Shown here: positions 41,905-52,788 of the stretch, in pieces | How the letters are laid out: each line of letters begins with the position of its first letter | Position numbering within the stretch: position 1 is the first letter of the stretch | From: Candidatus Bathyarchaeota archaeon | GTDB lineage: Archaea > Thermoproteota > Bathyarchaeia > 40CM-2-53-6 > RBG-13-38-9 | Length of the DNA stretch: 64,000 nt | Direction of reading: 5' to 3' | NCBI GenBank assembly: GCA_963807605.1 | Contig: CAWECG010000003.1 | Span: 32,001-96,000, forward strand | Notes under the pieces: generated by a model | Database searches by the model: none | The model's input: only the letters and a program-made list of their open reading frames with translations | What the model was told of the DNA's origin: nothing | Position numbers and translations under genes: made by a program

Positions 41905-42150
41905 TATGAGTACTATGAGTATGATGAAGCCTATACTATGAATGCTTAAGCCTATACTATGAGTATGCTTGAAGCCTATGCTGAAGCCTCAAAGTATATG
42001 ATACTAGCCTTATCATCAAGCTTGCCGAAGCCTTCTGAAGCTTGCTGGCTATAGTGGTACATTTGTATACAGTTCTAGGGGATGCTAGAGAAGCATACTG
42101 GTAAGCTTAGTTAAGCTTAAGCAAGCCTATGATGACCTATGATGAGCCTA
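41905..42150. repeat. Low-complexity imperfect repeats (AAGCCTATACTATGA units, many AAGCTT)
   Basis: Read directly; no convincing ORF. Confidence 0.6.
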
Positions 42151-42243
42151 TGCCAACGCGCGCGCGTAGCTATGCTTGATTCGTGAAAAGTTGGCTGACG
42201 AGCGCGGTTTCTTCCGTTCTAGCGACAAAGGTTAACAGGTTAC

Positions 42244-42411
42244 TCAAGGATATATTATGCGCAGAATCATCAGTTCCTCTAGAAGCAATGCCAGCCCTAT
42301 CACGAAGACTGCTACCGCAGCTATCGTAGTTCCCCTACTCTGGGTTCGTACCCCTATTATGACAGCCAAAACCAGGAGAGCTATTTCCATTATGAGGTTT
42401 GGAATTGACAT
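42244..42411 (-). CDS. Small 2-TM protein (55 aa)
   Basis: MSIPNLIMEIALLVLAVIIG...LRIIYP; below the ORF-track cutoff. Confidence 0.45.
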   Translation of the reverse strand: MSIPNLIMEIALLVLAVIIGVRTQSRGTTIAAVAVFVIGLALLLEELMILRIIYP

Positions 42412-42555
42412 GTGTTCTATGTGTGTTTGTCGGGCATGATAAGACTTGCTAAATTCTTATGCGCCAGAGAATTACGCGCGCTCGACTCTGCTTTGCGTCG
42501 TGCGAACGATGAAGGCGCGCGCGTCAGTGTATCTGTCTTTTGATCGCAGGGCATG

Positions 42556-42963
42556 TTACTTCTTATAGAGTGTTGAGAGCACGTATCCATATGAGATGCT
42601 TATGAAGAATCCTACGTAGATGAGCCCAACCGCTATACTGGTAGCCATGTCAACGAGGCCGACGAATGAACCGGCTGCGATGTTCATGACGAGCCAGATC
42701 ATCAGGCCGAAGTAGACGCCTTTCATGACGCCTTTCCCAGGAATCCCATCATAGAACCTTTGGTAGAACATGCTGAATATTGCGCCCCAGATTATTGTGA
42801 GGACGATCGCGCGCGCTAGAACAAAAGTTGAGGTTGAACCTGGAGCAGCTGTCATGAGCCCTGACGAAACGCCTATGATCGCAAAAATGACTCCTACTAT
42901 GCCACCGACAAGTCCTGCAATAGCACCCGCCGCAATAACGCTTTTCAAATACCCACCTCCCAT
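42556..42963 (-). CDS. 4-TM membrane protein
   Basis: GAIAGLVGG, IPGKG..KG..FGL..W. Confidence 0.7.
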   Translation of the reverse strand: MGGGYLKSVIAAGAIAGLVGGIVGVIFAIIGVSSGLMTAAPGSTSTFVLARAIVLTIIWGAIFSMFYQRFYDGIPGKGVMKGVYFGLMIWLVMNIAAGSFVGLVDMATSIAVGLIYVGFFISISYGYVLSTLYKK

Positions 42964-43071
42964 CTCGTGGATCGGTAAAAAAACCGTCAGAGCAAGAACG
43001 CGTCAAATAGATTTAACACTTGTCGCGCGCGCGTAGGATCCTGACGGCATAGCCCCAGCGGGAGACTCTTC

Positions 43072-43266
43072 ATGTTTGAGGTGTCAACTGCGCGGCGGGG
43101 AGACCGGCTGACTTTTCGCGAGGAGAAGAGGAAGGTTGAGCTTCTAGTCAAGATCTCCGCGAGGAAAGGAATAGATCTGTCAGACTATCTCAGAATGGCC
43201 CTGCGGGAAGCCTTGAGATCGGATCCCCTGGTGACGGAGGAGGAGAAGAAGGCACCCGGCCTCTAG
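43072..43266 (+). CDS. Ribbon-helix-helix (CopG-like) protein
   Basis: RKGIDLSDYLRMALRE. Confidence 0.55.
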   Translation: MFEVSTARRGDRLTFREEKRKVELLVKISARKGIDLSDYLRMALREALRSDPLVTEEEKKAPGL

Positions 43267-43345
43267 GCCATATCACAAGAGCGTAAGATTAGAAGAGAGC
43301 ACTGGCCGGTAAATTCGCGCGGGGGAGCGTTAAGGGATCAAAGCC

Positions 43346-43618
43346 TTAAGAGAAGACCTGGGAGCCAAACTTGCGCCGATGGAAGGGTGAGGTGCTTTTG
43401 TTCATCCACTCTGCATCCGATCCCGTATTTACTTCCATTAGACTCTCAATCTTGTAGAGGTAGTCCTTCTTGCTGCATGTAGATGTCTTGCCGCATCGAG
43501 GACACCTCTCTGGGATATTGACTAGTGGTGCAACTCTGAAGGTGTCGTAGTCCATCTCTATTGTTGCGAGGTGTGTACTACCGCATCCTGGAACCTTGCA
43601 TCTGACCATTAAAGGCAT
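43346..43618 (-). CDS. Small zinc-ribbon protein
   Basis: C....C and CPRCG. Confidence 0.55.
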   Translation of the reverse strand: MPLMVRCKVPGCGSTHLATIEMDYDTFRVAPLVNIPERCPRCGKTSTCSKKDYLYKIESLMEVNTGSDAEWMNKSTSPFHRRKFGSQVFS

Positions 43619-43784
43619 AACTAGGATCTAATACTGCATGGTGTTGCTTCTGGCAGTGTTGCAATATCTGGTGTGTGCTCAATCTCAAAGTTTATGTCAC
43701 TTTAGTCTTCAATGTCCTGTTACGCCAGCCTACGCGGGGGCTAGACCATACAGGGGCCACTTTCAAGGATAGAGGAAAAGCAGT

Positions 43785-44336
43785 ATGAAGACTGGGCCTG
43801 CGGTAGAAACATCCGAACCGGCCAAACTCAACATTCAGGTCTCAACTGAGTCAAAGGCGAAGATGTTCTTTGGGCTGATACCTACGAAGGAAATCGTCAG
43901 AGGTCAGAAATTCAAGATTAAGCTCACAATTCGAAATATGTCAAGGACGAAGCCCTTCAAGGGGAGATATCATATTGATATCGTATATCCAACAAGAGAG
44001 AGAAATCGCATTAAACATGAGGCATTGCAACCATGGGAACCGGGGAGCGAATTGACTGAAGAGATTGAATTTGAGGCGCTCTCTGAAGGATATGCTCTAA
44101 TTGAGTTCTATCCAGAGAGAGGTGAATCCATCGAGATTGTAGATGATGCTGGCAATACTATCGAGCATGGGCCCGCGTCTGCGCATGAACCGCCTGCGCT
44201 TGGGATCTTTCATGTAACAACTAATCGAGACATCTACGCCTTCTATGCAGTTGTGATTAGCCTTTTTGCACTCTTGATAATTGCGGCTGAGAAGGTCGTC
44301 TCTTTACTGAATTTCTTCCTTCGTCGGCAGCCCTAG
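43785..44336 (+). CDS. Hypothetical protein with C-terminal TM
   Basis: Beta-rich domain plus TM. Confidence 0.6.
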   Translation: MKTGPAVETSEPAKLNIQVSTESKAKMFFGLIPTKEIVRGQKFKIKLTIRNMSRTKPFKGRYHIDIVYPTRERNRIKHEALQPWEPGSELTEEIEFEALSEGYALIEFYPERGESIEIVDDAGNTIEHGPASAHEPPALGIFHVTTNRDIYAFYAVVISLFALLIIAAEKVVSLLNFFLRRQP

Positions 44337-44889
44337 TTCAAGCCCATCTTTGAGCGCGCGCGCGTAAGCGTAAGATCAAAAGAAAAGCAGCGAACGTACC
44401 GTTCGCTGGGTATGGGAAAACAGGGCTACTGTTCCTCATGGAATCTGCGTCTACGGGCCCAGCCTTACAGCAATGGTATGCTTGCAGGATCCGGTTCTGT
44501 CAAGGCTTCGGGTGATATTTCTCCCTATCAAGTTGGGGAGATTCCTTGTGGGGATTCTGGTGGCTTGTTTCGAATTAGTTGCAGAACCTCGTCTTCAGTG
44601 ATAGGCTCATTTTTTTTGAAGCCAACTTTTACCATCTCGAATCTGATTGCATCAAATTTCTGACTTGTACCTTGAGCCAGTATTTTCTACGCGCGCGCGT
44701 CGCTTAGGCTTCTTCTTCGCCAACTTGGGCTTGCAACTGCCTGACTGTGAGAGCCCAATGCTAAACGAAAAGTTCTGAAGATCAAGGCGGCCTGGCAAAA
44801 GAAGACACCGGATCGAGTCGGGCGGCACCCTAGAAAGTGCTTTATCGTCAGATCAAAGATTACAAACATGATGCCTAGGGTGTTGCCCA

Positions 44890-46683
44890 ATGAAGAAGCG
44901 CCCCAAAAGCAATGATAAACCCTACAAACTAAAAGTAGGGGATGACCCGGTAGAGAGTTTCGAGTCTGACCTCCTTGATTTCAAAAACCCAGCCATAGAA
45001 CTTGCAAAGGACCTTTACGAGATCTCCAAGACCTCTGGAGTTTGCTGCGGCGTGGTCGGTTCGTGGGGAAGCGGTAAATCAAGCTTCATGAAATTGATGG
45101 ACGAACATGTGCGAAAGGAGTATACTGGAAAGAAAGGATACACGGCATGGTTCACAGCATGGGATCCCGGCGGAGCACATGATCTAGGAGACGCGATGCT
45201 ACACAGCCTTTTCCGCGAACTTGCCGAAGGAAACAAAGAGCTATCGAACCCTTTCAAAGAACTTGAAAACGCTCTCGGAATGCGCCGAAGTGCCAAGCAG
45301 ACAGTCGGTCGAATCTTACAGAATGTCTCGGGAGCATTACCTGAGGGAGGACGCGTTGCAGCAAAAGCCACTGGTAGCTTGCTTTGCGAATTAGATACAT
45401 CAAGGACGATCAGAGAATCTTTTGTCAGCCTTATGGAGTGGCTTAGGAAAGAAGACTGCACGGTCTTCTACTTTATTGACGACATAGATCGTGCTTCAGG
45501 AGACCAAATCAGAGATCTCTTGTCTGAGCTTAAGTTGTATGTAAGCCATTCCGGGATCATTGCTATCTTGGGATATGACACAGACTACGTAGTTAATGCA
45601 TTAAGAGTTCCAGGAATACTGCCCCAGGGCACAGACCCGGAGAAGTATCTAGAGAAGATAGTGACCATCAGAAGAAACGTTCCAACGGCAAGCTTCGTGA
45701 AAATGAGGGAGTACGCAGCCCTTCTTACACAAACGATGACCAATCTCATCAAAGATTCCGGAGTGATTGCTTATCTAGCAGCCCTTCTATCTTCTGGTAA
45801 CCCTCGGCAATTGAAGCGCCTTATTCTCAGGTTCACCAACCTTATTGACTCTGAGTTCGTGAAACAGACTAATCTGTCCTCACGGGACCTTCGATACGTA
45901 ATACTGAGTGCGCTTCTAATCACAGCAGCTGCCGAGATGGGCCTCCTAGCGGATGACGGCATTAGAGATTCCCTACAAACCTCTCAAGGACTCGAAGCCA
46001 TGCTTCAAGAATACATTAAAAACCACCCATCGAAGACAAAGGAAGTAGAACTTTTCAAAGAAGCAATGATGAAGATCCCGGGACTCGCAAGTGGGCTTAT
46101 AGGAGAGCTAAGGTTGCATCAATATCCGGGATCTGCACAATTATGGGTTCCTGAAGGGTTGGAAAAACGCGGACCACCATTTGACTGGAGACATGTGATA
46201 ATCCCAATTATTTCTAGTGCTGCTGAACATGGATTCAAGATACCGCCAAGTATCGCAGACTCCTCGGAAGATATTACTGTTCCACCCTCCGCAACTAACA
46301 TCGTCGAAGGAAGCCGATTGGCAAACTATCTTACTGCTGCCTACGCATATTTACAAGGAGAGACGGGTAATGTTTGTCTACTAACTTGGAATCAATTCAA
46401 TATGTTCGTTCAGGTTTTCGATTCGAGCCGTGGCAGTCCCTTTAGTATCTTCGGCGATTATGCCAATCGATCTGCGCTCCGTACCTCAGAGAAAGGCTTT
46501 GCAGCTTGGATAATCGATGAAGGGGGTCAAATAGATAGTTCTGAATGGACACGCATCGCCCAAGTCGCTCAAGAATCCTCAAAAGGTCTGAAGAATCCGC
46601 TGGTATTCTTGTACACACCCGCCTCCAAGATCGAGGCATTGGTGTCATTTCTTTTGAAAGTCTCGCAAGGGCAGCCTGACTAA
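44890..46683 (+). CDS. KAP-family P-loop NTPase
   Basis: GSWGSGKSS, FIDDIDR, YLEKIV, NPRQLKR. Confidence 0.9.
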   Translation: MKKRPKSNDKPYKLKVGDDPVESFESDLLDFKNPAIELAKDLYEISKTSGVCCGVVGSWGSGKSSFMKLMDEHVRKEYTGKKGYTAWFTAWDPGGAHDLGDAMLHSLFRELAEGNKELSNPFKELENALGMRRSAKQTVGRILQNVSGALPEGGRVAAKATGSLLCELDTSRTIRESFVSLMEWLRKEDCTVFYFIDDIDRASGDQIRDLLSELKLYVSHSGIIAILGYDTDYVVNALRVPGILPQGTDPEKYLEKIVTIRRNVPTASFVKMREYAALLTQTMTNLIKDSGVIAYLAALLSSGNPRQLKRLILRFTNLIDSEFVKQTNLSSRDLRYVILSALLITAAAEMGLLADDGIRDSLQTSQGLEAMLQEYIKNHPSKTKEVELFKEAMMKIPGLASGLIGELRLHQYPGSAQLWVPEGLEKRGPPFDWRHVIIPIISSAAEHGFKIPPSIADSSEDITVPPSATNIVEGSRLANYLTAAYAYLQGETGNVCLLTWNQFNMFVQVFDSSRGSPFSIFGDYANRSALRTSEKGFAAWIIDEGGQIDSSEWTRIAQVAQESSKGLKNPLVFLYTPASKIEALVSFLLKVSQGQPD

Positions 46684-46727
46684 CAATGCGGCACCCCTCT
46701 GATCATCCTCATCTGAGGACAAGGAGA

Positions 46728-47036
46728 TTACCCCGACAAGGCATCTAAGCACCAAGAAGCTGTCGCAACACTTGGATTAGTCATTTGATACTCGTCACAT
46801 GATAAGACGGACCTGTAGACGCTAGAAGCTTCTGTTAAGGCTTCCAGTCGTTTCAGTTTGGCAAGCAGGTCGGGTCTGCACTTGCACGGCTGCTCAATTT
46901 CACGATGAGTTGCGAAGAGGCTACAGTAGTCACAATACATAATCTCAATATCCACACCCTTCAATCTTGTAATCTTGTGTGACGGATGAGGATTCATCAA
47001 GACAACCCCCGACGCAACTATCAACTGAGAAATCAT
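46728..47036 (-). CDS. Hypothetical Cys-containing protein
   Basis: ORF only. Confidence 0.3.
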   Translation of the reverse strand: MISQLIVASGVVLMNPHPSHKITRLKGVDIEIMYCDYCSLFATHREIEQPCKCRPDLLAKLKRLEALTEASSVYRSVLSCDEYQMTNPSVATASWCLDALSG

Positions 47037-47123
47037 GGGGAATAAAAGATAGAGAGAACAGCGAGAAAGCGGCCCTTGATGACCTCCAAACTCTCAGATA
47101 TCTTTTGGGCAAAGCCTAATTGA

Positions 47124-47660
47124 TTGAGCGTCTATCGTGAGCGTATGGATGAGTGGCTGAGTGTTCTTACCAATTTTCTAGCGACTTTTGTCGGTGTAGG
47201 CTTGGCCTTCGGACTCACATTCTGGTATGATCGACGTAACAAAACAGTTCAAACGTGGGAAACGAAGATTCGCATTCTTGAGGCCATTATTCTCGAGTAT
47301 CAAATGACCCTTGATTTACTGGGTCAATTAGTTGAAGGAGAAGTGAAGCCAGACAAGCCTATCCGTTTTTCTACCTTGGCTGTCGATTCCGCAGTGGGAT
47401 CCGGTGATTTATCGCTTCTAGACCCGAACATCCAACAGGCCATTGGCGAATTGAGAACATATTTCAAGGAAGCGGAGATGTATTCAGATAAGATACTCTC
47501 GATGATTGGATCTGCTGATATGGCAATGTCTAATGCACCAATTGAACTGATTAGGTTTAGAGCATCCTCGACAACAACACAAAACACTCTGCGTGTGAGA
47601 ATACCTCAAGTACTCAAAGTTCTCAAAGATGAAGTAGAGAGACTTAAAAAACAGAGGTGA
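47124..47660 (+). CDS. Membrane-anchored hypothetical protein
   Basis: FLATFVGVGLAF TM followed by a helical domain. Confidence 0.65.
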   Translation: MSVYRERMDEWLSVLTNFLATFVGVGLAFGLTFWYDRRNKTVQTWETKIRILEAIILEYQMTLDLLGQLVEGEVKPDKPIRFSTLAVDSAVGSGDLSLLDPNIQQAIGELRTYFKEAEMYSDKILSMIGSADMAMSNAPIELIRFRASSTTTQNTLRVRIPQVLKVLKDEVERLKKQR

Positions 47661-47667
47661 CCGTCGT

Positions 47668-48054
47668 TTGGAATACTGTCCTTATTGTCAAAGATGGGTT
47701 GAACCGAAGAAAGACTATAACGATCTTATTGCAGGAGGTGTCATATTCGGAGCTGCAGGTGCACTAGTCGGAGGTGCCCACCACCTGCTCAAAGGCTCCC
47801 GATGCCCAATCTGCAATAACATAATACAAGGCAGAGGAGCTGCAACCGTACCTCCACAAGCCCTGTCACAACCACCACATCAACAATACCCACCTCCACC
47901 TTTGCCGTATCAAATGGCTAATGCTCAACGTTCGTACCCCCCAGCCCCACAACCCCTAACTCCTGGAACCAGCCACAACTGCCCGAGATGTGGCCAGCCA
48001 CTAGTCTGGACACCTCAACTCCAACGATGGTACTGCTACTACTGCAAGACATAG
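47668..48054 (+). CDS. Zinc-ribbon/Pro-rich protein
   Basis: CPYC..CPIC, Pro-rich linker, CPRCG..WYC..C. Confidence 0.65.
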   Translation: MEYCPYCQRWVEPKKDYNDLIAGGVIFGAAGALVGGAHHLLKGSRCPICNNIIQGRGAATVPPQALSQPPHQQYPPPPLPYQMANAQRSYPPAPQPLTPGTSHNCPRCGQPLVWTPQLQRWYCYYCKT

Positions 48055-48256
48055 CGTCTTCATGAGTTGTTTTTGACTCTTAACACGACAGTGGAGAAGC
48101 CAACATAGTGGGCCTGCGACTGACTGAGAGCGAGACCCTAATTTGAAAACTTGACAGAACCGCATGGGTTAGACTTTGAAACTTGCCGGAACTGATACTG
48201 AAAACAAACCAGGCTGGCGAGGGTTTCAGCTTAAATAATGTGAAAATTCTCACATA

Positions 48257-48664
48257 ATGAGGAAAAAATCTATGATTGATACGAGTCGCTACGAACGTGG
48301 CTGGAAAAAGCTAAGAGAGATTCATGGCAAAGTTGGTGAGCGTGTCATCGAAGATCTTCAGTCAATAGCGCCTGATTTTGCGCGTTACCTAATAGAATTC
48401 ACATTTGGCGACATTTACTCTCGTCCAGGTCTGGATTTAAAGTCGAGAGAGGCAGCTGCAGTTGCAGTTTTGACGGCTCTTGGAAACGCTCAAACCCAAC
48501 TCAAGGCACACATTCATGGAGCGCTGAATGTTGGTTGCACTCGTGAGGAGATCGTTGAGGTGATCATGCAGACTGCTGTTTATGCGGGGTTTCCTTCGGC
48601 TCTGAACGCCATGAGCGTGGCTAACGAGGTTTTTCAGGAACGTGCCGCTCAAAGACAGCCCTGA
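48257..48664 (+). CDS. Carboxymuconolactone decarboxylase family protein
   Basis: FGDIYSRPGLD, H..GALNVG, YAGFP. Confidence 0.9.
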   Translation: MRKKSMIDTSRYERGWKKLREIHGKVGERVIEDLQSIAPDFARYLIEFTFGDIYSRPGLDLKSREAAAVAVLTALGNAQTQLKAHIHGALNVGCTREEIVEVIMQTAVYAGFPSALNAMSVANEVFQERAAQRQP

Positions 48665-49000
48665 CACTAAAGAAATAGAAGACCCCCCCCCAAGGCAGCC
48701 CCTATCCGTGAAGCCATCAAGAAGATCAAAACTCTCCTCGAGAACGACCCATACAGTCAACCAATCCACTAGGGGATCCCTTGAAAACACCATGCATCAT
48801 CCAGAAAGAACCTTAACGTTTTCTTCATGGATTCGTAATGATGACTTACAACTACTCTTGATCGTCTTGTTAGTGCACACCATTTCCAGCACACATTTCG
48901 CAGTAGGGGCAGTAAGAATACCATTCATCGCAAAGAACACCAGTAGAAAGACAGTTTGGTCTGGGTCGAGACGCAGCGGAAGATACCTCTCGCGCGCGCG

Positions 49001-49175
49001 TCCCAACAATCCTCTCTTCATCGGCTGCAAGACGGAAGACTACTCCAAACGGATGAAGAATATACGGCTGACCTACCTTGTCAACCTGTCCGCGATGAGC
49101 CTTCACCGCCAGAAGAATAGCATCGTCCAATGTTGTTTTCCGCTTTGCCTTCTTCTTCGAAGATGACCTAGTCAT
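49001..49175 (-). pseudogene. HD-domain hydrolase N-terminal fragment cut at (CG)5
   Basis: A..AH.GQ.DK.G.PYILHP...ERIVG ends just before the expected LHD motif. Confidence 0.8.
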
Positions 49176-49428
49176 ACCAGACAACGCCACCTGTGGCGAG
49201 CGCCCCGTACCGTTTGCTAGATTGACAAGTACCGGGTTAACCCTTTCCCTTTGTCTATCCTCCACAAGCAGATGTGCGAAGGAGAAGAAATCTTTTTGAC
49301 TACCCGCCAAGGCATGAAAAACCATAGCGCGTTAGGATGCCGCGATTCCCAAGCCCCGTTATGATATCGCTCATGACGCGAGGAAGCGGATATAAGCTCA
49401 CACAAGAGAATACTTTGATGACTGTGAC

Positions 49429-51618
49429 TTGTCTAAGACAGATACTTCTGTCGGAAACCTTGTCGAATGGATGAGGAGTGGGGAACTACGCCTCCTAGAG
49501 ATACAGCGCCGGTATGTATGGCCCGCAACACGTGTGAGAGACCTCCTCGATTCGTTGTACCGCCAATACCCGACTGGCACCATCCTCGTCTGGGAGACTG
49601 ACCAACCGAAGCCAAGTAAGAATCTGGCCGTTTCACAAGAAGAGAGTCCCTTCAAGGGACGAAGGCTGCTCTTAGATGGCCAACAGCGACTCACCTCCCT
49701 CTACGCGGTCATACTCGGCCAACCCGTGACAGTCCGAGGACGCAAAAAACCAATTGAGATTCTGTTTAACCTCGAGCATCCGGAGAAGTTTGAAGGAGAA
49801 GTGGAAGAGATTGAATACGACACAAGGACTGACGACTCAGATTCTGACGACTCAACTGAGGAAGAAAACACCCCCAACGTCTAGCAGCGACTGAAGCAGA
49901 GGACATTCGTTGTAGAAAGCAAGGCTCTACTCGCGGATCCGCACTGGGTCAAGGTAACAGACATCTTCACGAAATCTGATGCACAAATCCTCAAACCATT
50001 AGTGAAAAGCCTCGACGATCCAAACTATGAAAAATACTCTGAGCGATTACAAAAAGTCCGCAAGATCAAGGATTATCCATATGTAGTGCAAGTTCTAGAC
50101 AAAAGTCTTGACTATCCAGAAGTCACTGAGATTTTTGTCCGCGTTAACTCCCTTGGCATGAAGCTGCGCGGATCAGATCTAGCACTTGCCCAGATAACGT
50201 CACGTTGGCAAGACTCGTTGCGACTTTTCGAAGATTTCCAAGAGGAATGTGAGGAACGAGGCCTCACGATCGATCTCGGAGTTCTCGTCAGAGCAATGGT
50301 CGTCTTTGCCACAGATCATAGCAGATTTCTAACAGTCAATACGATTCTCATTAATAAGTTGAAGTCAGCATGGGAAACCACCAAAGATGGCGTTCAGTTC
50401 GCCGCAAACTTCCTTCTAGCCAACGCTGCGATAGAAGACATCAGCCTACTTTCGTCTCCCATCTTCATCATAACACTAGCTTACGCTTTGACCAAGAGAG
50501 GCAAGCAACTGACCGGTGAGGAAGAGCGCGCACTGAAGCAATGGCTCTACATCGCAAGTGCTCGTGGCCACTATTCAGGCTCTTCTGAGTCGACTCTGGA
50601 CAGCGATCTAGCGGCAATTCTTAAGGGCGGTGCATTAGAGCTGCTTAACATTCGCAATCAACTCGGCGGAATGCCTATCTTGCCAAGTGATCTAGCCGGC
50701 CGTGGAAGAAATAGTCTCCTCTTCCCCATGACGTACCTCGCGTTGAAGGCACTTGGTGCGAAAGACTGGAGCACCCAACTTGGACTTAGCCTCGCAAACC
50801 AAGGACATCAACATGCAATCCAACATCATCATATTTTTCCAAAAGCCCAACTCAGGAAGGCGGGTTACGAAAGAAGCGAGATCAATGAAATCGCCAACAT
50901 GGCCTTTATCTCGGCTGGAACGAACCGAGAACTGTCAACCACCTCTGCAGAGGAATATCTCGCAGATATCCTGAAACGCCTTGGCAAGCAGTCCTTGGAG
51001 AGTCACTGTATTCCAACAGAGCCGAGCCTTTGGAAAATAGAATCATTCCGTGAGTTTCTCAAATACAGACGCGCCGCTCTTGCAAAGGCAGTCAACGATT
51101 TCATCCTACAACAAGGACCTGAATCAGAAGCAGTTGACATAGAGAAGCTAGTAGATCTAGGCGAAAACGAGAACGTCGAGTTCAAGACTTCGGCACGCTG
51201 GGACTACCGTGCAAACATGGTCAACAAGGCTTTGGAGAGGGTTATTGTGAAATCTCTGGCTGGGTTTCTGAACGGCAAGGGCGGAGTACTCATTCTTGGT
51301 GTGGACGACAGTGGTGCATTGGTTGGGTTGGAGAAGGATTATTCCACATTGTCCAGCAGACCTAACCGAGATGGATACTATCAGTTTCTGGTAAACCTGT
51401 ATTCGTCTCTGGGACGAGACATAAGCAGCAATATCTCCGTGGTATTTCACAACTTGAAGAATCGCGAAATATGTGCGCTGAAGATAGGCCACAGCTCGAG
51501 GCCTGTCTGGGTTGAGGATGGGATACTGAGGAGATTTTACCTTAGAAGCGAAAACACCACACAGGAACTCAATGCTCAGGAAGCAACAGAGTACATCAGA
51601 ATTAAGTGGCCCAAGTGA
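49429..51618 (+). pseudogene. GmrSD-like (DUF262 + HNH) protein fused to Schlafen/AlbA_2, with an in-frame TAG at 49882
   Basis: QRRYVW, LDGQQR, HHIFP, EFK, FLN..GG.LILGV.D. The frame continues through the TAG into ORF 50002. Confidence 0.85.
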
Positions 51619-51977
51619 GGGATGGGAACATGCAAATCAATCCCCAGATTCGCGAACTTGCCTACGATACTTTGCCTTCAGACACGCTGAAGAAGGCTTA
51701 CCGGCTAGCGCGCGCTATTCCTTAAGGAAGAACTTAGAGGTAAAGACATTTTTCGAATCTGGTCCCATCCAGGAAAAACCATCTAAGAATAACTTCCTAG
51801 TCTTCGACTTATGACTCTTGGGACTCGGATCCAACGGTGTATGGTGGGCGATTGTGGTTGTTTTAAGCATGCTTTCAAGTTGTTCTTTCCTGCCGCCCAA
51901 ATTGAGGTTATGTTTGCGCAGTAACCTATATCCTTATATTTCATATGACGTAATCCCCTTTAGAGGGGGAAAACAGA

Positions 51978-52784
51978 ATAAAAAACATAAGATTAGGGCC
52001 AAACGAACTCAAGCTAATCTTTACACTAGAAAGAGACCAAAAGACAGTATTTACACCGTTGACGGCCAAGGAAATACTTGGTACATCTGACAAAGCAGTC
52101 TACGGGGTATTAGAGGGACTCAAAAAGAAGAAAAGGATTAAACAAATACGTGGCGGCCTCTATCTGCTTGCCCCAGCTAAATCAGGGATCGAAGCTGAAT
52201 GGACTGAGCACATATTTACAATCCTTCCCAGCCTCTTGAAGACATCTTATTATGTCGGGTTCTGGTCCGCGCTCTCTTACTGGGGAATGACAGAACAGAT
52301 CCCAGAAGTAACCTATGTCGTGGTAACAAGACAGAGAAGAAAACTGCAGTTTGACGGCAGAGTTGTCCAGTTTATTACCTACCCTGAGACTCGCTTCTTC
52401 GGTTACGAGAAGGGAACATTGGGGAATACGGAGTTTAACATATCCGATCGTGAAAAAACGATAGTTGATTCCCTAGCACATCCAGAATATGTTGGTGGCA
52501 TATCCGAAGCAGCTAAGGCCATCTGGATGAATAGAGATGAAATCAAGATCGCCCAACTGATTGACTATTCACAAAGAATGAATATCAAAGCCGTGCGTAT
52601 GCGATTGGGTTACTTGTTGAAAATACTCGGCTTTGGTGAAGAATCATACAATTCACTGCTGCCTAATGGTCCTACAGGTGCACCGTGGCTGGATCCCTCG
52701 AGCGAAAAAAGGCAGATAAAATATTCGTCTAGGTGGGGCCTTCGCTTGAATGTACCAGAAAAAGTAATCCTTCATTGGAAGTGA
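51978..52784 (+). CDS. abiEi: Type IV TA antitoxin AbiEi (frame open from ATA 51978; TTG at 52059)
   Basis: RGGLY, YVGFWSAL..WG.TEQ, SD.EKTIVD, RLGYLL. Confidence 0.85.
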   Translation: MKNIRLGPNELKLIFTLERDQKTVFTPLTAKEILGTSDKAVYGVLEGLKKKKRIKQIRGGLYLLAPAKSGIEAEWTEHIFTILPSLLKTSYYVGFWSALSYWGMTEQIPEVTYVVVTRQRRKLQFDGRVVQFITYPETRFFGYEKGTLGNTEFNISDREKTIVDSLAHPEYVGGISEAAKAIWMNRDEIKIAQLIDYSQRMNIKAVRMRLGYLLKILGFGEESYNSLLPNGPTGAPWLDPSSEKRQIKYSSRWGLRLNVPEKVILHWK

Positions 52785-52788
52785 TTAG

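Noticed and set aside
43048-43068. tRNA-Gln-like att remnant (TCCCGCTGGGGCTA, minus strand)
   Set aside because: A single 14-nt match, too short to support.
48642-49325. ORFs 48642-49166, 48797-49030 and 48870-49325 as real genes
   Set aside because: They read across the (CG)5 junction and are chimeric; only the HD fragment is recognisable.
49882-49884. Pyrrolysine readthrough of the in-frame TAG
   Set aside because: No pyl genes in view, the site is a non-catalytic linker, and a CAG>TAG change or sequencing error is simpler.
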